Positions 13,811-25,790 of a stretch of DNA of 64,000 nucleotides are shown here, piece after piece. The position numbers and the translations under genes were made by a program. The DNA is from Phaeosaccion multiseriatum (taxonomy: Eukaryota > Protista > Ochrophyta, other classes). Where the stretch lies: positions 3,472,001 through 3,536,000 of the forward strand of contig OZ218957.1 of assembly GCA_965112735.1 (NCBI GenBank), written 5' to 3'. Position 1 is the first letter of the stretch. Every line of letters begins with the position of its first letter. The notes beneath the pieces were generated by a model. The model was not told the origin of the DNA and ran no database searches. It was given only the letters and a program-made list of their open reading frames with translations.

Positions 13811-15359
13811 GAGAGAGAGAGAGAGAGAGAGGTGTGGGGGGGGGTAGAGGGAGGGATGGAGGGACGGAGAGGGAGAGGGGGAGGGGGAGAGAGAGCAGAG
13901 ATAGAGGCAGAGACAGAGACAGAGGGAGAGGGAGAGAGGGAGAGTGAGGGGGGGGGGGAGAGGGAGCAATGGAGTACTGAGCCATGTCAGTGACGAGCAA
14001 TGACGACGCCACGCAAAAACACACAGAGCGAGAGAGGGAGGGAGAATGAAAAAGAGATGGAGGGTAGACATACACAAGCGGACAGCAATGGAGGGCATTT
14101 TCACACGCACGCATACATACACACAACCACATATGCATACACAGCCAGCGACTGCCGAACCTGTTAGTGAGCGGCCCCTCTGTGGTGGAGGCCATGACGT
14201 CGTACTTTCTGTAACGCTCGAAGGACGCGTCAAGCTTCCCGAACTCCGTCCTGGCTATTGTTATTGGTTTCTTGTGCCCTTGATGCCCATGGTGATGCCC
14301 ATGGTGATGCCCTTGATGCTTGCGCTGTGCGCGGGGTTTGCCTCCCCCCTTGGCCTGCTCGTCGCTACTGCTAGGCCCCGGGGCGGCGGTGCCGGAGGGG
14401 GCATACACGCCATGTCTTATACCATCTCTGACGCTGTAGAGAAGATTATCGCGTCGTCCACAGGGAGAGAGATGGCGGGAATAGAGGGGAGTCAGAGAGA
14501 ACGGGAGAGAGGGAAGGAGAGATGGATAGAGAGGGAAGGACAGAGAGAGAGAGAGAGAGAGAGAGAGAAGGAGAGAGAGAGGGAGAGGGAGACAGAAGAA
14601 GGAGAGGGAGGGAAAGGAAAGGGGGAGAGTGAGTCAGACTCCTTGAGAGAGTTCCATCTGTTGGCAGGCCAGAGTTCCATAGGCAGCGCACACTGTCTCC
14701 CTCCCGGATGAGCTCCGGATGAGCTCTCACCTTTCCGGAAGCGGTATGCTTTCTCGTCTGCCGCTGCCCCCCACGTCTCCCGCAGTAGACTCCCGCCCTT
14801 TGTCGCCGCCCCCCCCACTACTACCTCGTGCCGAGCGTCGGGAAGCCCTGCTACCACATCTACTGCCGTCTACACTGCTCCTCCCGCTCCGCTGGGATGG
14901 GAGGGCCCATGAGTCCGGATCTGCCGCACTACAGCTCTGGCCGGTTTGTGGGTCGACGGACGCCCTTACTGCTGCAGTCATCATTAGCTCCCGCCCGCCG
15001 CCGAATCTCCGATCCCACTGGAAGCTGCCCACCTCGCCGGAAGTGAGCATGGCAGTGTGGTGCTGGGCCTTTGCCACCGCTTGTCGTGGGGTGGGCCAGT
15101 TTCTGTCTGGATGGCCAAAGCTGATGTCTGATCGGTGCGTCTCCACACCGCCAATGGAGCCAAGGGGCCTGTTGCTTTGGTTCGGCTTGTTTCGCTCCCT
15201 CGGCGTCTTGACATTGTAGTAGGCTCGATCATTGTCGCAGTACATGCCCCTACCTATACCGTCGCTCATCTGGTGCATGCTCCCCTTCATGCCCACCGCG
15301 GGCTCAAAGTCTAGGCTGGGCCGCCTCTCCCGGAACGCCTGCGGGATCGCTCGAGGCAT
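13673..15359 (-). CDS. Hypothetical protein, 3 exons
   Basis: Exons 15359-14731, 14433-14161, 13772-13673 joined by GT-AG introns give a continuous frame MPRAIPQAF...PLPESVRDGIRHGVYAPSG...LTNRYGPVVGEK...RGLKY*. No domain recognised. Confidence 0.65.
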
Positions 15360-15681
15360 GATCGCCCTCGCCCTCGTCTCGTACTTGCTTCTTCTATTGC
15401 CCCAGCTTAGGTATGCTTCTCAGCTTCACTTAAACAGACCTACCTCCACATGTGTCTTCAGCTTGCTTCTCGTCCACCTCAGCCTGCTTCTCGTGGCAGA
15501 GGGGGAGCAAATCAGAAAAGGGGGGGGGCCAAAAAAGAAAAAGGACTTCGAAACGCCGGTCTGGACAACTAAAACTCAAATGCCCATCACCAAATATCCA
15601 TACTCCCCCCTCTACATCATCACCAGTAGGAGCTCTCTCCATCACTTTCTCCATCGCTTGGAGGCCGTAAGACTCGCGAGG

Positions 15682-18600
15682 ATGAAGCTCGCGTGTGTTA
15701 CAGGGGCGCTGGCCGCCGCGGCGTTGACGGAGGTAAGGATTTTGGTGGTGCTGCACAGCCTGGCCTTGCCCGTGTGGCTCTAGCCACCTCAGCATCAGAG
15801 CAGGCAGGAGCAAAGCTTAGATGCATGAAGAGAAGAGAATCTGAGCTGCAGAGGAGAGGAGGAGCCACCGCGCGGCAAGCAAGCGGCTCTTCTTGCATGG
15901 AGGCGAGGCGCTCGTACGTGTGCCTTTGTGTGGAATACTCACAATCCTCTCTCTCCTACTTTTTCCTGTTTTCCAGACATGTACGGCCTTCGTCCCGTCT
16001 CAAAGTAGTGTGGGCTTGTCTGCGCTAGGCCAGAGGGACGATGGCCCGGCCTTCGCCCCCCGAGCACCGCCAACGGGGGGCTTCCACTTCAACCCGCCCT
16101 CCATGCGGCGCCAGCAGCAGGAGCGAAAGGATACGGGGGTGAAGCTTGCAGCAGCGGGGGGAGACGCGGACATGGACGAGCTGCGATTTCTCACGCCGGA
16201 GGTGTGTTGTGTTGTGTTTAGCAAGGTTTCTTCAGTCCTCCTCCCGCTATGGGGTGGGAAGGGGACGGCATGACACCAAATCAATCAAACAATTAATCAA
16301 CCCATCGCTTGCAGCAACAAATAGAACCGCTTATGCTGACGTGACGTGCTCACCCCTCCACCTCCCCCCCCTGCCTCCCCCTCCCTTCACCCCCCAGACC
16401 GCCGAGAGCGTGCGCTCTATGGTGGGCACCCCTGCCTACGTGTACTCTCTGCCCGAGCTCCGCAGCAACGCGAAGGAATGTCTGGCCTTCCCCAACGCCT
16501 ATGGCCTCACCGTGCGCTTCGCCATGAAGTCATGCCCCAACATCGCCATTCTGCAAGTGCTGCACAGGTAAGTATTGCTGCTGTATCACCAACTGCTGTT
16601 GCTGCTGCTTTTTGCCGCTGCTGGGACTTGCTTGGAGCGCTCTCTGGAAGTGCACGCAGTAGCCAACTGAGAAGTAAGGAAGGGAAGGAGCACCCCCTCC
16701 CCCTCTGCTGACTGACCTTGCCCCCTCCCCGCCCTCAGCATGGGCCTCCACATCGACGCGTCGAGCGGCTACGAGGTGCAGAGGGCCATACACGCAGGCA
16801 TCCCCGCGGAGAACATCTCCCTCAGGTGCGGTGCGCTGCCGTGCAGGGCATTCTTTTTTCTCTCTACAGTGATCTCTCTGGTTGTGTGTGTCTGTATGTC
16901 TCTCGCTACTCCCTATGCCTCTCTCTCTCTTCCTCTCCTTGGATACCTCTCCCTCTCTGCCCTCTCTGCACCACCCGATCGAACCCCCCCTAACACAAGC
17001 AAAGCACTTTCTGCCAAGCCCACGCCCAAGCGAGCAAGCGCAAATTGCCAATTTCCCACATCGCCCACCCGTTACCACGCCGTTTCACCCATGTTGACTC
17101 CCTCCCCCCCCCCATCCCCTCCTCCTCCTCCTCCTCCTCCTCCTCCTCCTCCTCCTCCTCCTCCTCCTCCTCCTCCTCCTCCTCCCCTGGCCTGCTGATT
17201 GCAGCACACAGGAGCTGCCCAGCGACTTCGCAGCCCTGATGAAGCTTGGGGTGAAGATCAACGCGTGCTCCATCAGTCAGGTTCAGAAGATCGCCGAGGC
17301 CTGCCCAGGGGTACGTGTTGGCGTGTGTGTGTGTGTGCGTGTGTATGTGTGTGTGTACGTGTGTGTGTGCGTGTGTGTGTGTGCGTGTGTGTGTGTGCGT
17401 GCATGCGTTCGTGTGTGCGTGTGCGAGAGCGCAGTCAAAGGTAGTCCAGTGGGGGGAGGAGGGCTCGTCCTCTGTAGTAGACTTGGGTGGGGGTGGGGCC
17501 CACTCACCACTCATGTCTTTCATCTCTGTCTATCCATCCCTTTAGGGGAGGAAGGAGCGCCCACTGACTTATTGCACACGAGTCCTTCGCTTTGCTCTCT
17601 CGTGCCCACTAATTGATTGATTGCGCACTGCTCGCTCATCGTTGTGCTCTCTCCCACCCCACTCAGTCTGAGGTTGGGATTCGCTTCAACCCCGGGCTGG
17701 GCTCGGGAGGAACCGGCAAGACCAACGTTGGTGAGTACGAGGAGAGAGAGAGTGTGTGTGAGGAGAGAGAGAGTAAGGAGAGAGAGTGTGTGTGAGGGGA
17801 GAAGGAGAGGGAGGCAGATTGGCCAGTATTGGTAAGAGAGAGAGAGAGGGAGGCAGATTGGCCAGCGTTGGTAAGGGCAAGGGGGAGGGGGGCGAGAGAC
17901 AAGATGGAGATGCAGACGTAACGTGTGCGTGTATGGGCTTGTGCGCTTCCTTCCTTCCAGAGCGCGTCTCTGAGGAGATGCTGTAGCCAAAGATTTTCTT
18001 TCCTTCCTTCTTTCTGTCTTTGTGTTTCTTTCGTGACCACCCCCTCACCCACCCGCAACCACCCTCCTCCATTGACTGCCATCCCACCCCTCTCCTCCTC
18101 CTCCTCCTCCTCCTCCTCCTCCTCCTCCTCCTCCTCCTCCTAAAGGGGGGCCTACTGCCTCGTTCGGCATCTGGTACGAGCTCTTGCCTCAGGTGAAGGA
18201 GCTGGTGGAGAAGGGGGACCTCAAGGTAGTGAGGGTGCACACGCACATCGGCTCGGGCAGCGACCCGGCCATCTGGCAGAAGGTGAGGAGAGAGAGAGAG
18301 AGAGAGAGAGACCCGCCACTCCTATGCCCATAGGCCTCTCACACATGCCCATATGCCTCTCTCCCTCATGCCCATATGCCTCTCACACATGCCCATAGGC
18401 CTCTCCCTCATGCCCATAGGCCTCTCACTCATGCCCATATGCCTCTCACACATGCCACCTGCACCGCGCCGCACTGCTCTACTCTGTGTGCCTGTGCCTG
18501 CCGATATTCCTCTCATATGTATCCCGCTGCCTGCCCATATTCCTCCTTCAGGTGTCCAACATGTCTCTGGACTTGTGCAAAGAGTTCCCCTCCGTGCACA

Positions 18601-20147
18601 CGCTCAACCTCGGCGGGGGTTACAAGGTAAGGGGGATGGCAGTGGATGGGCGGTTGACTGACTGACTGACTGACTGACTGACATGTTCTTTTGTTTATCC
18701 CTCCCTCCCTCCCTCCATCCATCCATCCATCCCTCCCTCTCCCCCTCCCCTCTGCTCCTCTCCCTCCCAAGGTTGGCCGCATGAAGTCTGAGTCCAGCAC
18801 GGACCTGCAAACAGTGGGGCAGCCCGTCATGACCAACTTCGAGGACTTCAAGAGGGACACCGGCAGGGAGCTCGCGCTCGAGATTGAGCCGGGCACTTTC
18901 ATGGTGGCCAACGTCGGCTCTCTTGTGTGCACCATCCAGGTACATGTACATGCATCAATGTGTGTGTGTGTGTGTGTGTTTGGGTGCCGTGCTGACTCCA
19001 TCTGATCTTCTCACACCACGCACGCACTCACACCCTGCACTGATGGACCCCCCTCCCTCCTACACATCCACAGGACAAAGTCACAACTGGCGAGCAGGGC
19101 CACACGTTCCTGAAGCTTGACGCAGGCATGACGGAGGTTCTGAGGCCCGCCCTCTACGGCGCCCTTGTGAGTAGTGGGGCGTGGGGGCGTGTGTGCGTGT
19201 GTGTGCGTGTGCGAGTGTGTGTGGGTCTCTCTCTGGCGCCCTCATGAGCAGTGGGGCGTGTTTGTTTGTTTGTGTGTGTGTGGGTGTGTGCGTGGGTGCG
19301 TGGTTGGGCGTGTGTGCGTGGGGAGAGGGGCGCTGTGCGCGTGTGAGGGCGTGAGTGTGGCAAGCTGGTTGGCAAGCTAGAAACAGGAACCTAACCCCCT
19401 CTTCTCCCCTGCCATCCACTGCCATCCCCTGTACACTACACTTGACACTTGCGGCAGCACCCCCTGGTGGTGGTGCCCTCCGTGCCCACGTCCTCAACGG
19501 AGAAGTGTGTGGTGGTGGGGCATTGCTGTGAGTCAGGAGATCTCCTCACGCCCAAGGCAGGCGCACCCGACGACATTGAAGAGCGCACTCTCACAGAGTC
19601 GCAGATAGGTGGGTGGGGTGTGTTCTAAGTCAATGGAAGATGGGTGGGTTCTAAGTCAATGGGAGGTGGGTGTGTACTAAGTCAATGGGTAGGTATGGAT
19701 GTGTAGGACACGCCTCGCTCCCGCCCTGTCACTGTGTATTTGGTTAAATGCATTTGATGGGCGCTTCAATCGAACAATGCCTCCCTCATGTCCCTCTCAC
19801 CCGCCCTTTCCCCGTCCTCAGGCGACTTGTTGGTGGTGGAGGGGTGTGGAGCGTACGTGTCATCCATGAGCACCAAGAACTACAACTCCTTCCCAGAGGC
19901 CCCGGAGCTTGCTCTCGACGGGGACGGGCAGCTGCATATCGTCAGGAAGAAGCAGGTGAGTGAGTGAGTGAGTGAGTGAGTGAGTGAGTGAGTGAGTAAG
20001 TGGGTGAGTGAGTGAGTGAGTGAGTGAGTGGGTGAGTGAGGGTCAGGCATCTCTGGTTGTGTGTGCTTCTCCTTCCTTTTGTATTTTTCTACTGTATGCT
20101 CTCAGCGCCGGCCGTCGTCACTCTTTCGTCTCTGCTGTATCACCAAC

Positions 20148-20181
<34 letters not shown>

Positions 20182-20254
20182 GCTCTCTCCAACACCCCAG
20201 GAGCTGCCTCAGATCTGGGAGAATGAGGTCAGACTGCCCGACAGCCTAGTTTGA
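15682..20254 (+). CDS. lysA: Diaminopimelate decarboxylase, plastid-targeted
   Basis: Exons 15682-15732, 15977-16201, 16398-16567, 16739-16825, 17205-17310, 17667-17730, 18146-18282, 18552-18626, 18772-18939, 19074-19166, 19458-19608, 19822-19955, 20201-20254. Fold-type III PLP motifs TPAYVY, RFAMKS (PLP Lys), [50 protein letters not shown]-terminus is a signal peptide followed by TAF-VP. Confidence 0.95.
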
Positions 20255-21024
20255 GTTTGAGTTTGAGTCGTGCAAGAGAAGCCTCATTGGCGATGATAGC
20301 TCCTTTTAGCTCCTTTCTGCTGCTGCCTTTTCCTTCCGCCAGACCGCACCAGTAGGAGCAGTCAGGCAGGCAGACAGACAGACAGATAGACAGAGACAGA
20401 CAGACATGCTGACAGACACAGTCGGTCCGACAGAGGCGTGCGGCAGGCCGACAGGCTATAAGGCAGGCACAGTCAGCCCAAAGCCCCCGCGCACTGAGGA
20501 TATGGCTCCTCGCCGCGCACGCACGCACACACACGCAATGGGGGTGGATGGGTCGTCACACTTCCCCTTCTGGGCAGTGGCGCTCCTCCCCAGCATACGT
20601 GAGCATACTTGATAGAAGTGCCCGGTAGGGCCGATAGGAGACCACACTGGCCTTGCCCTCCCTCCCTCCCATCCACTGCCACCCCTCTCCTTGTCTGGAG
20701 GTGTGCGGTGTGCTATGTCGTCGCGAAAGAGGGCCAAGTCGGCCGTTGCACTGCTCCTTTCGATGGCACTACATGGCCGGACTAGGGACACCGCCCTGCT
20801 GCTGTATCACCAACTGGTGGGCTGAAAGCACGCCTCTCGGGGCAAGAACAATGGGTGCTCTCCTTCCTGCTGCTGTATCACCAACTGGTGGGCTGAAAGC
20901 CGTCTTCTCAAACAATGGGTGCTCTCCTTCCTGCTGCTGCTGTTGCTCCTGCTGCTGCTCTGCTGAGGTAGCCGACGGCGCTACGGCGCATCACGCGTGA
21001 CCTGTCAGACAAATCTCTCTCTCC

Positions 21025-21065
<41 letters not shown>

Positions 21066-21192
21066 TCCCTCTCCCTCTGTGCGCGCGCGTGTGTGTGTGT
21101 GTGTGTGTGTGGCCCATATAGCAACACCCTGTCCGCCCTGCCAAACGAATGACACGCACAAGTGGTGATCACAAATGGCGATGACAGTGACA

Positions 21193-21833
21193 TCACTCGT
21201 CGTCCACGACTGTGCACACGGCCTGCCCCTTGGTGCTGTCTTGGACGTTCTCGAGCAGCTTGCTCAGAGCGCTCGCCTCCATTGAGACCGTGATGACAAC
21301 ACTTTAGAGGAGGGGCAGCGATGAGGCCATGAGGCGATGAAAAAAAGAGCCACCAAAGAGCCAAAGAGGGAAGGGAGTCACAGATGGACGGACGGACGGG
21401 CGGACAGGAGCTGTGAAGGGTGTTGAAGGGTGCGAAGGAGCGCTGACGAGTCATTTGAGAGGGAGGGGTAAAATGAATGTCATTTGCGCAGAGAGACAGT
21501 GACGTGAGAGAGAGAGAGAGAGAGAGAAGCCCCGCCCATCCACTGCCGTCGCACTGACATCCACTGCCATCCTACTGCCCACTGCCAGACTGACGCACTG
21601 ACCTGTCGGCAGTGAAGTACTCGTCCAGCCGTGTGCATTGACTTATGCTGTTGTACACGCCCCCCACCATGTTCATCGGGGCTGAGATTCGCAGAGTGGT
21701 CATCGGCAGGCGCACCTCCTCCTCCGCGTCCTTCAGCACCTGGGACGCCGCACCGCCGTACGCTGAGAGGGGGTTCAGAGGCAGGGTGAGGGTGCGGATG
21801 AGGGTGAGGGTGAGGGTGAGGGTGTTGGTGTGG

Positions 21834-21867
<34 letters not shown>

Positions 21868-21929
21868 GGGTGTGGGTGAGGGTGAGGGTGAGGGTGTGGG
21901 TGTGGGTGAGGGTGAGGGGGCGGGTGTGG

Positions 21930-21963
<34 letters not shown>

Positions 21964-21989
21964 GGGTGAGGGTGAGGGTGACGGTGACG

Positions 21990-22035
<46 letters not shown>

Positions 22036-23720
22036 GGGTGTGGGTGTGGGTGAGGGTGAGGGTGAGGGTGTGGGTGTGGGTGAGGGTGAGGGTGAGGGTG
22101 AGAGTGTGGGTGAGGGTGAGGGTGAGGGTGAGAGTCGGGGCAGAGGTTCGGTCAGAAGAGGTGCAAGGACAGAAAGGCGGATCGATCGTACCTCTGTATC
22201 CGGTGGGAGAGTCGCAGCCCCAGCAGCACAGGAATGGCCCAGTACGGAGGAGAATGACAGTGGATGGGGAGGAGGAGGAGGAGAAGGAAGGAAAGGGAGG
22301 AGAGGAAGGGGGGGGGGGGGGGGTGGAAGGATGGAGGGAGGGAGAGAGGGAAGGAGGAAGCATGAGAGATGCAAAAGCGGCGGAAGTCGGTCCTACGTCG
22401 GGAGAGGAAAGTGGGTAGGGTGGGGTAGTCGTTTCGGCGCATCAATCGCCACGGGACCCCACTCTACCCTTCGCGATGTGACGAGTGCGTTTTGTCCCTC
22501 TTTCTGTCTTCTCTCTCGCTCTCGCTTCTTCTCCCTCTCCCTCCCCCCCTCCCTCCTCTCCCCTCTCTTTGTCTCTTACCTTACGAGCCCCCCTGTTCCC
22601 AGCTTAATCCCTCCGGAGTAGCGCACCACCACCACCATGACCTCGCTGAGTCCTGCCCCCTCGATGGCTGCGAAGATGGGCTGCCCCGCGGTACCGCCTA
22701 GGAGGATGTTAAGGAAGGGGATGCATCACAGCAGACGCACCAGCAGCAGCTCAGGAGACGCCGAATGTGAGAGGGTTGGTGCTAGAGTAATGGTACACTT
22801 TCGGAAGACTGTCGATAATGAGAGGGTTGGTGCTAGAGTAGCGGTACACTGTCGGTACACTGTCGATACACTGTCGATCATGAGAGGGACTCTTGCCCCT
22901 TTGTGCTTGAGGTTCAGTGCTCTGTAAGTAAGTCAAGCCATGGGCTGCCATCGCAACCACACACGGCATGCACCGCACCTGGCTCTCCGTCGTCGTAGAA
23001 TCTGTGAGTTTCGTCGAGTCCTTTCCACGCCCAGCACCAGTGCCTGTGGGAGGGGTGAACAACAATAGAAACGTTCACAAGTCAATTGCTTGCTCCTGGT
23101 CTGGTCGGTATGTTGCAGAGAGGCTCTGTCCTTCCTAACCCGAACAGTGCAATAGAGGTATATCCGCCCTCACTAGAGGCTCTAACCCATATACTTCACT
23201 CCCCTCCTCCAAAACCTCTCTGGTATACCCTACTTCCCTACCTCGCTTTGGGGTGTTCCTTGACCACCTGCACACGTCCATGCACGTGTGCAGCAAGGCG
23301 CACGACAACAGATACACAGAGACCAGCAGGAGGGCACGGAGGACGGTTAGGAGGGTCCAGCAGCAGCACAGACAGACAGCGTTAGTGTCCCATCCTCCAC
23401 CCAATTACCTCAGCGAGAAAGCTGTCAGCTTCAGCGAAGGAAGCAGCGTGTGCGGCCTTCCCAATGAACTTGCTCTTCTTAATCGTCTCCTCCGTCTCCC
23501 ACACCTTCCCGCCTACCACTGTTGTGATGGCACCCTCTACCGCCTCGTCCTGCGATGCATCAGGGGAGGCCCTGCAGCTGCTAATAGATACAGCTCGAGT
23601 GCAGCGTAGGGGAGGCATCCAAGCCAGCGCACGGGAGGAGAGGTGGGTCACGCGCAACAGAAGCATAACGATCGCTGCAGAGTGGCGGGGCCGTAGAGTT
23701 TCTACATCCCTGCGCGCCAT
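21193..23720 (-). CDS. yigZ: IMPACT/YigZ (UPF0029) family protein with N-terminal targeting extension
   Basis: Exons 23720-23409, 23267-23242, 23043-22979, 22697-22580, 22193-22192 (2-nt microexon), 21762-21603, 21301-21193. Motifs [52 protein letters not shown]. The start may be the downstream Met of MLLLRVTH. Confidence 0.9.
21783..22135. repeat. Hexamer microsatellite (GTGAGG/GTGTGG)n in IMPACT intron
   Basis: About 350 bp tandem array; reads (CCTCAC)n on the transcribed strand, just upstream of the acceptor at 21763. Confidence 0.95.
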
Positions 23721-23828
23721 GCCAGAGGAAGTGTTTGAGTCTTTTCTACATGCACTTTGGGTACGAGCGTCGTCAAATCACAGAATTGACGATACAAGTG
23801 CAGGCGTGCTTACAAAACAAAGCGGATT

Positions 23829-25383
23829 ATGAACTGCTGGGTCTCCCTCATCGCCCTCCTGTGTCTGGTGTCGGTGCCTGCGCTGACTACCGCCTTTGCC
23901 ATCATCCCCAAGAGAATTTCCCTGGCCAACAAAAGGGTGGGAGTGTTACTCAAAGGGAAAGGGAGCTTAAACGATGCCATGGCAGACGCGCAGGGGTTGA
24001 AAAGGCCAAAGAAGGTCAGTGCGTGCCGGGAGGGAGGAGAGGCTTGACCTACCTGATACCTGGAGAGTAATAAGAATCTATTTTTTTCCTCTCCCTTTCT
24101 GGTTGCTCTGCTCTTGCTCTCAGGGAGCCAAGCAGGTGACATGGACACGACTGACCGGGGTGACTCTTCCAGAGAAGAATAAGATGAAGGCGTGGGAGCT
24201 GCCGATGGGAGATGAGAATATCAAGCTCGCCGCCATCAATCGCGAAGGCGTCTACCATGTCCTTGACGGTAAGGGCAGCCAGCAAGGGCAGCCAGTGGCA
24301 CCGCACCGCCAAGACAGTCGAGGAGGCGTTGACGCCAGTAAAGCGCTTGGTGCCCGCACCAGTTGCTCCAGGAGCTAGCTTCTTAACTCGCTGCGTGCAC
24401 CCCCTTTCCCATACTCTTGTCTTCCTGGCTTGTGTTGTGCCGTAATCCATAACCAGGCGCGTGCACCAAGTGCTCTTGGGACTTGTGGAGGGGAAAGGTG
24501 CTTCCCGAGAACGAGAACGAGGTGGAGCGCGTGGGCTGCCCTCTTTGCGGCACCACCTTCAACCTAGACTCCGGCGAGGTGGGAGGTGCGTGCGTGTGAG
24601 GGTGTGTGCTTGTGCCCCCCCCCCTTCACCGCTGGCCCCGCTGTCGTCCCCCGGCCTGCCGATTGACCCTCGCACGCACTCTAGCCCTCTCCTCGGACCT
24701 GCAACCTTCAGCTTCCTTCCTTTCTTCGCTGCCGCCGCTGCTGCTACTGCTGCTCGGCCCTGGTGCCTCTCCCACTGTTGACTGCTGACTGCTGCCGCTC
24801 TCACTGTTGACTGCAGGTGACATTTACAAACAGGAGAAGGGCATTACAGGAGGCTTCAACAATTGGGTGTCAGGCATCACACGCGCCTCGACACCCAAGA
24901 TGGCCACTGCAGTACGGACCTACGGTATCAAGGTGAGTGAGGGTGAGGTTCAGGAGTACAGGAGAAGGGGCATCAAGGGGGGGCGAGAGAGGGTGAGGTA
25001 TATGGGTGAGAGGGGGCGAAGTATATAAGAGTAGGAGAAGGAGCACCTCAGGGAGGGAGTGTAGGTTGAGGTGTTGGAGTATAGGGCTGCCCCGAAAGGA
25101 CGGAGAGGGATGATTTCTTTTCTCATGGATTACCCACTCACTTCTGAGTTCTCGAGAGAGTTTCGAGACGAGGAGGAAGAGCTGAGAGACAGAACTACGC
25201 CAAAAGGAAGCTCCCCTCTGATCTGACGCTGATGACCCTCCCTCTGTCTCTGCCCACCTGTCCCGTCCTGCCCCACGGCTGCTGCTCTTTTGCGCTCCAC
25301 GCACAACGCATAAGGTTGAGGGGGAGGACGTGTTTGTGTCCGGGTTGGTGGATCCGACATCATCGAAATCGAAATCGAGATGA
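23829..25383 (+). CDS. Plastid-targeted Rieske-fold (NirD/ferredoxin-like) protein with non-canonical ligands
   Basis: Exons 23829-24014, 24124-24268, 24457-24585, 24817-24932, 25315-25383. Signal peptide plus TAF-AI; NREGVYHVLDGACTKCSWDLWRG...VGCPLCGTTFNLDSGEV...AVRTYGIKVEGEDVFV matches the Rieske-domain pattern. Confidence 0.8.
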
Positions 25384-25720
25384 CGCCGCGGGAAAGCAGC
25401 GACCAAATAGAGACAGACCATCCCAACATGACAGCAGAGCTTGCCGGGTATGCTTGACACTTGCTGGACATGCTTGACACTTGGGGCATGCTTGACACTT
25501 GCTGGGCATGCTTGACAGAGCTTCGCAGAGCGTGAAGGGCGCCCCACGGACTCACTGCGTGTGCAAGAGCTTATTGCATTTGAACTTAGACTAGAAGACG
25601 ACCGACCACCTGGGGGCATCTCAAAATAGAAGAAAAGATCAGCACCCACAGCCCTCCCTTTGAGCCCATTCCCCCCAGTGCAGGAGCTGCTCGACCCTCC
25701 CCGCCCCCCGCCCCAAGATA

Positions 25721-25790
25721 GAAACTGACTCTAGTTGAAACTGAAACTGACTCTAGTTGAAACTGACTCTAGTTGAAACTGACACTAGTT
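25721..25790. repeat. Short tandem repeat (GAAACTGACTCTAGTT) x~4
   Basis: Seen directly; the last unit overlaps the stop codon of the 25785-26804 gene. Confidence 0.85.

Noticed and set aside
21783-22135. Interstitial telomere
   Set aside because: The unit is GTGAGG/GTGTGG, not TTAGGG/TTTAGGG, and it lies within an intron among many other microsatellites.
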